A stretch of DNA of 64,000 nt, from contig CAVYAN010000051.1 of NCBI GenBank assembly GCA_963766075.1, positions 1-64,000 on the forward strand, in the 5' to 3' direction. Below are positions 22,019-31,482 of the stretch, in pieces. Numbering within the stretch: the stretch's first letter is position 1; each line of letters starts with the position of its first letter. The notes under the pieces are model-generated. The model was not told the DNA's origin and ran no database searches. It worked only from the letters and a program-made list of their open reading frames with translations. This DNA comes from an uncultured cyanobacterium (GTDB lineage: Bacteria > Cyanobacteriota > Cyanobacteriia > Leptolyngbyales > Leptolyngbyaceae). A program made the translations under genes and the position numbers.

Positions 22019-23047
22019 ATGGATTATCGGCAGGCAGGCGTAGATGTCGAGGCAGGACGTGCCTTTGTAGACCAAATTCGGGGCATGGTCAACAGTACTA
22101 AGCGGCCAGAGGTTCTAGGTGGCATAGGGGGGTTTAGCGGTCTATTTCAGTTGCCCGCTGGCTACCGGGAACCCGTTTTAGTATCGGGCACAGACGGTGT
22201 CGGGACGAAGCTAAAACTAGCCCATAGTCTTGATCAACATGACACTGTGGGTATCGATCTCGTCGCCATGTGTGTCAATGATGTGGTCACCTCGGGGGCA
22301 GAACCGCTATTTTTTCTGGACTATTTGGCGACAGGAAAATTAAATCCGGAGCAGTTGGCTCAGGTTGTTGCGGGAATTGTCGAAGGCTGTCACCAGTCTG
22401 GGTGTGCCCTACTGGGCGGAGAAACGGCAGAGATGCCGGGATTTTATCAACCTGGAGAATATGATTTAGCCGGGTTTTGTGTAGGGATTGTCGAAAAAAG
22501 CCACCTGTTGGACGGCTCACGGGTGCAGGTGGGTGACGTGATCCTTGGTCTAGCCAGCCAAGGCTTGCACAGCAACGGGTTCAGTCTGGTGCGGAAAATT
22601 GTCGAGGAGAGCAAATCAGCCTGGGGCGATCGCCCCGCCCAACTCCACGGGCAAACCCTGGGTGAAGCCTGTCTGACCCCCACCCGCATCTACGTCAAGT
22701 CTGTGCTAGCCGCCCGCAAGGCCGGACTCGACATCCACGCGATGGCCCACATCACGGGGGGTGGCCTACCGGAAAATCTGCCCCGCTGTCTAGCCCCTGG
22801 ACAGGCCCTGCATATTACTCCCCACTCCTGGACCATCCTGCCCATTTTTGAATGGCTGGCTACCGTGGGCAACGTCTCCCCCGTAGACATGCTGAATACG
22901 TTCAACATGGGCATTGGCTTTGCCGTGCTTGTATCTCCCAGTGATGCCGACGGCACTCTCCATTGGTTTCAATCGCAGGGGGTCCCGGCTACGGCGATCG
23001 GCACCGTCATTCCCGGCAACGGCGAACTCACTGGATTGCCGCTTTAA
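22019..23047 (+). CDS. purM: Phosphoribosylformylglycinamidine cyclo-ligase
   Basis: [45 protein letters not shown]. Confidence 0.97.
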   Translation: MDYRQAGVDVEAGRAFVDQIRGMVNSTKRPEVLGGIGGFSGLFQLPAGYREPVLVSGTDGVGTKLKLAHSLDQHDTVGIDLVAMCVNDVVTSGAEPLFFLDYLATGKLNPEQLAQVVAGIVEGCHQSGCALLGGETAEMPGFYQPGEYDLAGFCVGIVEKSHLLDGSRVQVGDVILGLASQGLHSNGFSLVRKIVEESKSAWGDRPAQLHGQTLGEACLTPTRIYVKSVLAARKAGLDIHAMAHITGGGLPENLPRCLAPGQALHITPHSWTILPIFEWLATVGNVSPVDMLNTFNMGIGFAVLVSPSDADGTLHWFQSQGVPATAIGTVIPGNGELTGLPL

Positions 23048-23064
23048 AGGCACTGTTTGGATGC

Positions 23065-23130
23065 AATTTCTCTGGCCATACACAAACTTCTCCGGCCATC
23101 ACAATTTCTCTGGCCATCACAATTTCTCCG
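23065..23130 (+). repeat. 18-bp imperfect tandem repeat (AATTTCTCTGGCCATCAC) x~3.5
   Basis: Seen directly in the purM-rsmA gap. Confidence 0.75.
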
Positions 23131-23155
23131 GTTCTCTCTCTTCACGGCTTTCTCC

Positions 23156-23983
23156 ATGCCCACACCCCGCAAACAATTTGCTCAACATTGGCTGCGCAGT
23201 GAAAAAGCACTGAACCGCATTGTGCAAGCCGCAGACTTGCTTAAGGGAGAGGGGGGCGATCGCGTGCTAGAAATCGGCCCAGGCATGGGTGTTCTAACTC
23301 GCCAAATGTTGCCCTGCGCGACCGCTGTTGTTGCCGTGGAAATTGATCGCGATCTCTGTGCCTTACTCTCCAAAAAATTAGGCGGCGTCGATAATTTTCT
23401 GCTGCTGCAAGGAGACTTTCTAGACCTTGATTTGACCGCATTACTCCAGCCATTTCCATCCTTTCAAAATCCCAATAAAGTAGTTGCGAATATTCCCTAT
23501 AACATCACAGGTCCAATTCTTCAAAAACTGCTGGGGACTATTGCCCAACCTAATCCGCAACCCTTCGATTCGATTGTGTTATTGGTCCAAAAGGAAGTTG
23601 CCCAACGCCTCTATGCCAACCCCGGCTCGAGAACTTTTGGGGCTCTTACCGTCCGAATTCAATATTTGGCAGACTGTGAATTTATTTGCGATGTTCCTGC
23701 TAAGGCATTTGAACCCCCGCCCAAGGTTGATTCTGCCGTGGTGCGTCTATCACCTCGGCCTGTCAATGATCCCGCGCGCGATCCACAGTGGTTGGAAACC
23801 TTAATCAAGGTTGGCTTCGGCAGCAAACGCAAAATGTTGCATAACAATTTGCAGGCTATCCTCGATCACGATCATCTGATCGCGGTGATGGAACAGTTGG
23901 GCATTAACCCCCAAGCACGGGCCGAGGAAATCGGGGTAGCCCAATGGATTCATCTCAGCAATCAACTCCAACGCCAAGCCTAG
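23156..23983 (+). CDS. rsmA: 16S rRNA m6,6A dimethyltransferase
   Basis: RKQFAQHWL, LEIGPGMG, VANIPYNIT, PPPKVDSAVV. Confidence 0.95.
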   Translation: MPTPRKQFAQHWLRSEKALNRIVQAADLLKGEGGDRVLEIGPGMGVLTRQMLPCATAVVAVEIDRDLCALLSKKLGGVDNFLLLQGDFLDLDLTALLQPFPSFQNPNKVVANIPYNITGPILQKLLGTIAQPNPQPFDSIVLLVQKEVAQRLYANPGSRTFGALTVRIQYLADCEFICDVPAKAFEPPPKVDSAVVRLSPRPVNDPARDPQWLETLIKVGFGSKRKMLHNNLQAILDHDHLIAVMEQLGINPQARAEEIGVAQWIHLSNQLQRQA

Positions 23984-23998
23984 AACCCTCTGCCACCC

Positions 23999-24943
23999 AT
24001 GCATTCCTACTCCCTGCTGGCCCCCGCCAAGATTAATTTGTATCTGGAAATCCTCGGCGATCGCCCCGATGGTTTCCATGAACTGGTCATGATCATGCAA
24101 ACCGTGGCGTTGTGCGATCGCATTACCCTGCGAGCCAATGGCACGGATACGCTGCACATTACCTGTGACCATCCCGACATTCCTGTGGATCGCCATAATT
24201 TGGCCTACCGTGCCGCTGAATTGATGCAGCAGCATTTTCCCGCTGCCTTTGCCCAGTTTGGGGCGATCGATATTGCGATTGAAAAGCGGATTCCCATCGG
24301 GGCGGGCCTCGCGGGTGGATCCAGCAATGCCGCGGCAGTCCTGGTAGGGCTGGATCTACTGTGGAACTTGGGACTGACGCGGGCTGAGTTGCAAGAGCTG
24401 GGGGCAGTCTTGGGGTCCGATGTACCCTTCAGTATCATGGGCGGCACTGCGCTAGCAACGGGACGCGGAGAAAAACTCGACCCCCTCCCCGCGCTCCCGC
24501 CTTTGTATGTCGTCCTAGCCAAATACCGGAGCCTGTCCGTAGCCACACCCTGGGCCTACCAAACCTATCGCCAACAGTTTGGCGACAATTACCTGCGGAC
24601 TCCCGAAGATTGGGCGGGTCGGCGGCGGCAGGTCCACTCTGGTCCCATCATGGCCGCGATCGCCCAGCAGAACACGGCCCAAATCGGGAAGTTGCTGCAC
24701 AATGATCTGGAAAAAGTAGTGCTGCCCGCCCACACTGAAGTGGCCCACTTGCGCCAAGCGTTTTACGCCGCTCAGCCCGTGGGAGCAATGATGTCAGGTT
24801 CCGGTCCCACCGTATTCGCCCTAGTAAAAACCCAGTCTGACGCCGCAGCCCTGCGGGATCAAGTGCAGCAGGAGATCGCCAACCCTGACCTTGACCTATG
24901 GGTCACTCAGTTCATCCCCCAGGGGATTCATGTGGGAAATTAA
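23999..24943 (+). CDS. ispE: 4-diphosphocytidyl-2-C-methyl-D-erythritol kinase
   Basis: APAKINLYL, IPIGAGLAGGSSNAA, GSDVPF, MSGSGPTVF. Confidence 0.96.
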   Translation: MHSYSLLAPAKINLYLEILGDRPDGFHELVMIMQTVALCDRITLRANGTDTLHITCDHPDIPVDRHNLAYRAAELMQQHFPAAFAQFGAIDIAIEKRIPIGAGLAGGSSNAAAVLVGLDLLWNLGLTRAELQELGAVLGSDVPFSIMGGTALATGRGEKLDPLPALPPLYVVLAKYRSLSVATPWAYQTYRQQFGDNYLRTPEDWAGRRRQVHSGPIMAAIAQQNTAQIGKLLHNDLEKVVLPAHTEVAHLRQAFYAAQPVGAMMSGSGPTVFALVKTQSDAAALRDQVQQEIANPDLDLWVTQFIPQGIHVGN

Positions 24944-24990
24944 AGGGGAAAAAATAAATCATGCGCTAGCGTAGCAGCACGAAGCGCTAC

Positions 24991-25530
24991 TTAAAACGCT
25001 CGACTGCCCCGATACCCCGCAAGATCGGCCAACTCATCCAAAGACTGCGTACCGGGGTACAGCTTGCCTTTAATTTCCCAGGTAGGGAAGCCCTCAATCT
25101 TTTTCGCCCGACATAGGGCTGGCTGCGCGTTGGCACCATCCTCGGCACACTCAATGTAGGTAATGTAAGCCTTGAAGGTCGCTTCTCCAAAGATTTCGCG
25201 TTGGTGATGACAGTGGGGACACCAGTAGGCACCGTACATCTTAGCCCCAATCCGTTTGAGATGCCGGGCCAAGGCAATCACGGCAGGCTTGGTCGCCAGA
25301 GGCTTGGCCACGGCTGGTTTGCTCGGGGAAGTGACAGAGGGACTGGGAGTAGGGCTGGGGCTAGACTGGGCCAAAGCCCCCTCTCGGCCCCCGAGCAGGC
25401 CAAAGGTGAAGGAGATCGCCGCCAATCCGCACAAGAAAGCGCTGGAATTCAGGTGCCGTAGCAGGGCAGACGAGCACCATCGGGGGTGAAAGGAGGAGCG
25501 CAGCATGGGTGTCGATGGCGGCATGAACAT
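24991..25530 (-). CDS. Exported thioredoxin-like protein, similar to the Trx domain of cyanobacterial VKOR-Trx fusions
   Basis: LARHL..IGAKMYGAYWCPHCHHQ..FG, YIEC, LC...IEGFPTWEI. Confidence 0.8.
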   Translation of the reverse strand: MFMPPSTPMLRSSFHPRWCSSALLRHLNSSAFLCGLAAISFTFGLLGGREGALAQSSPSPTPSPSVTSPSKPAVAKPLATKPAVIALARHLKRIGAKMYGAYWCPHCHHQREIFGEATFKAYITYIECAEDGANAQPALCRAKKIEGFPTWEIKGKLYPGTQSLDELADLAGYRGSRAF

Positions 25531-25553
25531 AGGCCGAAATGAATGGACCGGAA

Positions 25554-26450
25554 TTACGAATGGGCTTTCACCGAAGCCGGCACAGAGGAATTGCCGATGG
25601 GATTGGCCCCAGATGCGGTTGGCGGAGTCTCTGGAGAAGCACGTTTCACCGCAATCGCCTGGTGAGTGGCCTCGACAAAACGACTGACCCGATTCGGATC
25701 AATGGGCTGTTCCCGTTTTCCCTGGCGCTTCAGAGAACTGGAAACGATGACACCATCGGCTACCTGCATCAGACTAGCAATGTTGTCCGGATCGGCACCA
25801 CTGCCAATCAATACAGGGGTGCCCCGGGCGGCAGCACTGGCCAGTTCCAGATCCTCTAAATTGGGCGGACTGCCCGTAGCCCAGCCCGAGAGGATGACAG
25901 CATCGGCTAAGCCGCGTTCAATGGTATCTTGAACCGCCACCGTAAGATTAGGGGAACTCAAGGGGCGAGCGTGCTTGACCAAGATATCCGCAAAGATTTT
26001 GACATCACTGCCCAATTCTCGCCGGTAGCGGAGCAACTCATGGGCGCGGCCTTCGATGAAACCCTGATCCGTCGCCATTACCCCGGTCAAAACATTGACC
26101 CGAATAAAATGAGCGCGCGTGCAGGTGGCGATCGCCAAGGCACTGCGGGCATCGTTCCGCAAAACGTTGAGACCAATGGGTAGAGGCACCATTTGCATCA
26201 GACGCTGCACAATCAAGCTCATGGCGCTCACCACCGCCGGATCAACTTGATCCTTGGCAAAGGGCGCATCAAAAAAATTTTCGACAATAATGCCATCGAC
26301 GCCCCCAGAGGCAAGGGCTGTGGCTTCGCGTTCGGCCCGATCAACGACGGCCTTGAGGCTACCGCCCCATTGGGCCGAAGTAGGCAGCGGCAAGAGGTGG
26401 ACGACACCAATTACCGGGTTTGAGGTTTTGAAGATTTGATTTAAGTCCAC
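25554..26450 (-). CDS. btpA: Photosystem I biogenesis protein BtpA
   Basis: IGVVHLLPLP, VENFFDAPF, GLNVLRND, ADILVKHA. Confidence 0.93.
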   Translation of the reverse strand: MDLNQIFKTSNPVIGVVHLLPLPTSAQWGGSLKAVVDRAEREATALASGGVDGIIVENFFDAPFAKDQVDPAVVSAMSLIVQRLMQMVPLPIGLNVLRNDARSALAIATCTRAHFIRVNVLTGVMATDQGFIEGRAHELLRYRRELGSDVKIFADILVKHARPLSSPNLTVAVQDTIERGLADAVILSGWATGSPPNLEDLELASAAARGTPVLIGSGADPDNIASLMQVADGVIVSSSLKRQGKREQPIDPNRVSRFVEATHQAIAVKRASPETPPTASGANPIGNSSVPASVKAHS

Positions 26451-26537
26451 GGGCGTATAAATTTTGGACCCATCTAATTAAGTTTGATGATCCAAATGAT
26501 AACTGTTTACGGGGCGATCGCCCTGGGAATCCCTGCC

Positions 26538-27968
26538 TTAATCAGGCACTTCCAGTACTAAATCGGCTTCGCCCTGATGGGTTGTCTTGACCCACTTCAG
26601 GCGTTTAGAACGAACAGCCACCCGCGCCGTCATGCTGGACACGACGGGGATCCAGTGAAACAGGTAGACAATCGTGTAGAGAATCTGCCACAGCATCCGG
26701 AGCAGTGCCCTCCCCGGGGTGGGCACTGGGCGCTGAACATGACGCATTTGCCGGAGGGCAAAACCAATGCCAATCACCTGCAAGGCTAGGGTAAAGGCCG
26801 TTAGCGGTGTCAGTAGGAGCGGCTGGCGCAGCAACACTGACATCAGCAGATCCGGCAGCATAGCGGTGGGCAAAAGATACTGAATCACCCAAAAGCAAGC
26901 CAGATCAATGGTTTTGAGGGTACCCATGCGATTTCCAACCAGGGGCTGCCAGTAGTCCAGATACCGTTGGTAGCCCCCTTCGATCCAGCGATTACGCTGA
27001 TGCCATAGGGCGATCGCCTCAGTGACCCCCTCTTCTTCGACCTGAGGCACCATCATAAAATCCACATCCCAGTGGTCCAGATGCAAACGAATGGTTAAAT
27101 CCAGGTCATCGGTGATGGTTTCTTCGTTCCAGCCACCGCAGCGCTCCAAGGCAGCCCGCCGCACAAACTGGCCATTGCCCCGCAATTCACCAATGCCGCC
27201 CACCGCAATCCGCTGCTGTTGAAAATAAGAATCGAGCAGCATTTCCACGGATTGACCACGGGTCCAAAAGTTTTCCGATCCGTTGGAGATAGACTTGCGC
27301 ACCTGGATCGCGCCCAGATTTTGCCGTTGAAACAGGGGTAGAACGCGGCGCAGCATATCCTGGGGCACTTGGGCATCGGCATCGAAGACGGCGATGAATT
27401 CCCCCTGGGTAAGCGGCAGTACCTGGTTCAGGGCCCCGGACTTGCCTCCACCCGCATCAGCGGCCCGATGAACCACCCGGAGTTGCTCGTACTCCTGAGT
27501 CAGTTGGTCTAGATAAAGCCCCGTGCGATCGCTGCTGTTGTCATCAATCACCCACAGCTCATAGCATTGGGGCGGATAATCCAAGCTGCACAGCGTTTTT
27601 ACAAGGCGACCAATGACAGCCTCTTCATTCTTAGCCGCCACCATCAACGTCACCAGGGGCAGATGCGCTGGATCCGCCACAGTGAGAGGGGAAGGCATCG
27701 ATCGCGATCGCGCCGTCAGAATGCGCCCTGCATGAATACTCAGCAGCGCCGTTAAACCCAGCGCCACCCAGTAGCCCCACAGGACCAAGTGCAACGCAAT
27801 TGTGCCCATCCAAATTGTACAAAATACGATCGCCGCCTTACGGCGACGGCGATCGCGCTTAGGATTTTCGGGATCCTCCTCATCCTCCAACGGCGACAGG
27901 TCGGCTAGGAGCGCGCCAAGCTCCAGCTCGTTGTAGGAATCGTTTTCTCGCCAAGAACTCTCCGGCAT
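26538..27968 (-). CDS. mgdA: GT2 monoglucosyldiacylglycerol synthase
   Basis: MPESSWREND N-terminus and RRRKAA, GKSGALN, FDAD, TDDLD, QRNRW, WVKT motifs, as in cyanobacterial MgdA. Confidence 0.8.
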   Translation of the reverse strand: MPESSWRENDSYNELELGALLADLSPLEDEEDPENPKRDRRRRKAAIVFCTIWMGTIALHLVLWGYWVALGLTALLSIHAGRILTARSRSMPSPLTVADPAHLPLVTLMVAAKNEEAVIGRLVKTLCSLDYPPQCYELWVIDDNSSDRTGLYLDQLTQEYEQLRVVHRAADAGGGKSGALNQVLPLTQGEFIAVFDADAQVPQDMLRRVLPLFQRQNLGAIQVRKSISNGSENFWTRGQSVEMLLDSYFQQQRIAVGGIGELRGNGQFVRRAALERCGGWNEETITDDLDLTIRLHLDHWDVDFMMVPQVEEEGVTEAIALWHQRNRWIEGGYQRYLDYWQPLVGNRMGTLKTIDLACFWVIQYLLPTAMLPDLLMSVLLRQPLLLTPLTAFTLALQVIGIGFALRQMRHVQRPVPTPGRALLRMLWQILYTIVYLFHWIPVVSSMTARVAVRSKRLKWVKTTHQGEADLVLEVPD

Positions 27969-28899
27969 AGGTCACTTGATTCAACACCCAATATTTGTCA
28001 AAACCCTTAAAGAAGCTCGGGATGAGATAACACCACACCGTGCACCCTTCACACACTGACAGTTTCCCCTGAGACTGGCGGTACTGCTCCACAATTTCCG
28101 ATTCTCGGTACAAATCATAGAGATTACCGTTAATCGCCACGCCTTCCTGGGCAAAGTGGTAGCAGGGCAGCAGCAGCTCATCATGGGGAGAAATAGCAAT
28201 CACCGCATCCACCGCCTTACAGCGCGGACTCTCGGTTTTGTTGCCACCATCCTCAATAAAGGCTAAGGAAGCCTTATTGTAACCAAGATTACCGTATTGC
28301 TTCGCTGCCGACTCGATCGCGGCCACCATCTCTGGCGTGGGATTCTTCTTGGCGTTGTAATTGCTATGAGCCGTAAAAGCAGGATTGAGCCAGATTCGGG
28401 CATTTAAACGCAGCCCCAATTCGGCGACTTCACCAATCCGGTGATAGTTCTGGGCCGTCACCGTGTGGTTCAGCACCGGATACTCCCCTAAATCTTGCGC
28501 AATCTTCACAGATTCCACCAAGGTGTCGAATATTTTCACCCCTCGGGACTGGTCATGGGTTTCCGCATCCGCCCCATCTAGGGAAAAATTCAGGAAATCG
28601 ATGAGCCCCCGCATTTCCCTAGCCCGCTTTGGATACAGGATTGTATTCGTGGTCATGCTGGTGTAGAAACCTTGACGCTTGGCTTCGGCGTAGATTTCAT
28701 GGGCGTCTGCCCGCAGTAGGGGTTCGCCCCCGGTGAAGTCCACGTACTTCACCCCCAACCGTCGCAAGTCCTGCAAATTTTTCTGAATTGTGCCAAAATC
28801 TGCTTCCTGTTTTGGCTCCAGTGCCCAGATATCACAAAAGTGACAGCGAGCATTGCAGCGATAGGTCAGATAATAGTTTGCAACCAAAGGTGCGGCCAT
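27880..28899 (-). CDS. Radical SAM protein with C-terminal SPASM/twitch-like cysteines
   Basis: CNARCHFC (CX3CX2C), FTGGEPLLR, and C-terminal C...PC...CEGCTVWC. Overlaps the mgdA start by 89 bp. Confidence 0.88.
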   Translation of the reverse strand: MAAPLVANYYLTYRCNARCHFCDIWALEPKQEADFGTIQKNLQDLRRLGVKYVDFTGGEPLLRADAHEIYAEAKRQGFYTSMTTNTILYPKRAREMRGLIDFLNFSLDGADAETHDQSRGVKIFDTLVESVKIAQDLGEYPVLNHTVTAQNYHRIGEVAELGLRLNARIWLNPAFTAHSNYNAKKNPTPEMVAAIESAAKQYGNLGYNKASLAFIEDGGNKTESPRCKAVDAVIAISPHDELLLPCYHFAQEGVAINGNLYDLYRESEIVEQYRQSQGKLSVCEGCTVWCYLIPSFFKGFDKYWVLNQVTYAGEFLARKRFLQRAGAWRAPSRPVAVGG

Positions 28900-29385
28900 A
28901 AATTTTCTTAACCATTGATCGGCGTCGGATTCCACAATACGACTTGGCACCCAGCAAAGACAAGTGTTTGTCAATTGGGATTTTGCGGATGTCTCCTCCC
29001 TGACAATAGGCTAGGCCGTATCCCAAAGACTGTAGCGGCTGCCTGCACGGCTTTTCCCGGGGTTTGCACACTCCGGCAAGGACTTTGGGAATACTGTATT
29101 ATACGTACTCTGAAGGTTGGGTTACCCCAATGCTAAACTGAGTGCATTCCATAGCTGGCAAAATTCACCCTCTAGAGGTTTGTCCCTTGGGATTAATCCT
29201 TTTGGGGAATCTGATTTTTTAGAGATGGCGTTTCTACGATTGAACGGTTTTTGAGATCGTGGGTTTGAAGCCATCCTGGTTTTTGAAATCCCTGGTTTTC
29301 TGAAACGACACAGGTTTTCTGAAAGAACACTATTGAAATCGCACTGTATCGCACTGTCGAGATTGCACTGTTAGGAAAATTGAGT

Positions 29386-29763
29386 ATGTCTCTGGACAAG
29401 CTTCAGCCCGCTCCCAATCAGCATGTTGGCGTTTACATGCCCTACTATCCCCAGCCCGCTAAACGGCAGGTTTTGCCCTTGGCAATTGGCCTGTACCAGC
29501 AAGGTTCTCTAGAAGGCGATCGCAAAATTGAGGGTGGAGAGAGTATTCCCTTCATTGCGACTTGGAACGTTTCCACTCTACCCGCCGACCTCACTCGGTG
29601 CCGCGTGCAGTTTGATGGCAACGCAGAACTGAGCTATGAGTTAATGATGGCCAACTTTGAATTTGTCGATTTTCTGATCGAGGTGATCAACAACTACAGA
29701 CGGGCGCGCTCCTCTGACTTTTCGCAAGGGTTCTACCGCAAAATGCTGCGTGTTGATGACTAG
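29386..29763 (+). CDS. ebsA: Type IV pilus/secretion factor EbsA, copy 1
   Basis: LQPA..VYMPYY, LYQQGSLEGDRKIEGGESIPF, DLTRCRVQFDGNAELSYE, DFSQGFYRK. Confidence 0.82.
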   Translation: MSLDKLQPAPNQHVGVYMPYYPQPAKRQVLPLAIGLYQQGSLEGDRKIEGGESIPFIATWNVSTLPADLTRCRVQFDGNAELSYELMMANFEFVDFLIEVINNYRRARSSDFSQGFYRKMLRVDD

Positions 29764-29788
29764 TGTTGCACTGTTAGGAAAATTGAGC

Positions 29789-30166
29789 ATGTCTCTGGAT
29801 AATCTTCAGCCCGCTCCCAATCAGCATGTTGGCATTTACAAGCCCTACTATCCCCATGCCACTAAGCAGCAGGTTTTGCCCTTGGCAATTGGGCTGTACC
29901 AGCAAGGTTCCCTAGAAGGCGATCGCAAAATTGAGGGTGGAGAGAGTATTCCCTTCATTGCGACTTGGAACGTTTCCACTCTACCCGCCGACCTCACTCG
30001 GTGCCGCGTGCAGTTTGATGGCAACGCAGAACTGAGCTATGAGTTAATGATGGCCAACTTTGAATTTGTCGATTTTCTGATCGAGGTGATCAATAACTAT
30101 AGACGGGCGCGCTCCTCTGACTTTTCGCAAGGGTTCTACCGCAAAATGCTGCGCGTTGATGACTAG
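29789..30166 (+). CDS. ebsA: EbsA, copy 2 (tandem duplicate)
   Basis: 403-bp periodic copy of the preceding gene, with 7 amino-acid differences. Confidence 0.82.
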   Translation: MSLDNLQPAPNQHVGIYKPYYPHATKQQVLPLAIGLYQQGSLEGDRKIEGGESIPFIATWNVSTLPADLTRCRVQFDGNAELSYELMMANFEFVDFLIEVINNYRRARSSDFSQGFYRKMLRVDD

Positions 30167-30207
30167 TGTTCATGACAGGATTCGCAGATAGAAGGCGAGT
30201 CAGGCCC

Positions 30208-30327
30208 TGAGGAGGTTTCCGACAAATAATACCTGCTGGCTACCCTAGGCCAGCGAAAGATCGCTCCCTTCGACTTCGCTCAGGGAGCGATCTCGGTCGG
30301 TATAATTTTTCCTGGAAATCGCCTTAG
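30208..30327 (-). mobile_element. MITE-like dispersed repeat, copy 2 (shorter); its end overlaps the truB stop codon
   Basis: Reverse complement matches 305-450 but lacks the CTGAGCGGAGTCG sub-module. Confidence 0.75.
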
Positions 30328-31271
30328 ATGGGTTCAAACACCATTTCCGGCACCAGAATCGTCTGCAAGTTGGCATCTACCCCGGCAAGACCAATTCCGA
30401 GAAAACGGCTGTCCTGATCCTGGATCCGGAAGGTGGCTCTCGGAATTTCTGTATTGAGAATTTCCGTATCGAGAGGAATCGCGGCATTGAGTAAAGGCAA
30501 CGACAGGGTTTCCCAAGGAATTTTTTGCCCTTGGCACCAGCGACGGGCAATGTCAGCGGGCAGGACGATCGCAGGCAAATGGTCCAACACCTGATCCGGT
30601 GCCATCGGTTGAATCTGGTCCGGTAACATCTGTGTCAAATCCGCCAAGGTAATACTATCCGCCAGGGCAAAACCGCTGCTGTGGGTGCGGGTCAATTGGG
30701 CCAAGGTGCCGCCTACGCCCATCACTGTGCCCAGATCGCGGGCGATCGCCCGAATATAGGTCCCGGGACCACAGGCAATCATCAGGTCCACCTCCGGGAA
30801 TTCTCCCGATCGCCAGTCTAGGACATCAATGCGGAAAACCTCCACTTCTCGGGCTTTCACAGTGATTTCCTTGCCCTCTCGGGCCAGGTCGTACAGCCGT
30901 TTACCTTGGACTTGAATGGCACTGTAGTTCGGGGGAATTTGTTGGATTTTTCCTTGAAACTGGTGCAGGGCCGTCTTAATCTGAGCCAAGTCGAGGGTGG
31001 ACGCAGGCTGGATCGCCAGGGTTTCACCCTGTAGATCGTCCGTGGTGGTTTGCAGGCCCAGACGAATGGTAGCGCGATAGGCTTTATCCTCGCGGAGGAA
31101 TTGCAGAAGCCGGGTAGCCTTACCGAGGGCGATGGGCAAAACCCCTGTAGCGGCGGGATCTAGAGTGCCCGCATGGCCAACCCGCTTCATCTTTAAAATA
31201 CGCCGCACTTTGGCCACGCAGTCATGGGAGGTGAAGCCGCTGGGCTTATTGAGATTCAGAAATCCATCCAC
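30324..31271 (-). CDS. truB: tRNA pseudouridine(55) synthase
   Basis: NKPSGFTSHDCV, GHAGTLDPAATGVL, PPNYSAI, CGPGTYIR. Confidence 0.97.
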   Translation of the reverse strand: MDGFLNLNKPSGFTSHDCVAKVRRILKMKRVGHAGTLDPAATGVLPIALGKATRLLQFLREDKAYRATIRLGLQTTTDDLQGETLAIQPASTLDLAQIKTALHQFQGKIQQIPPNYSAIQVQGKRLYDLAREGKEITVKAREVEVFRIDVLDWRSGEFPEVDLMIACGPGTYIRAIARDLGTVMGVGGTLAQLTRTHSSGFALADSITLADLTQMLPDQIQPMAPDQVLDHLPAIVLPADIARRWCQGQKIPWETLSLPLLNAAIPLDTEILNTEIPRATFRIQDQDSRFLGIGLAGVDANLQTILVPEMVFEPI

Positions 31272-31482
31272 GGCGTCAGCAAGAGATAAGGGGGATAGGT
31301 GAGAGTGGATATAATAGTCCGATTCATTTCAGAATAGGGAGCTTTTTTCCTGATTTCATCCCAAACTCTGCGTATAGCTCAATAGCCCACCCCCTACCCA
31401 AATAGCGGCAGAGCCCGTTTTTGGCCAGCCCGTGCCGTGGTTCTACGGGGATTGGGTATTGTTCATGAGTGAATTCTGGTCT

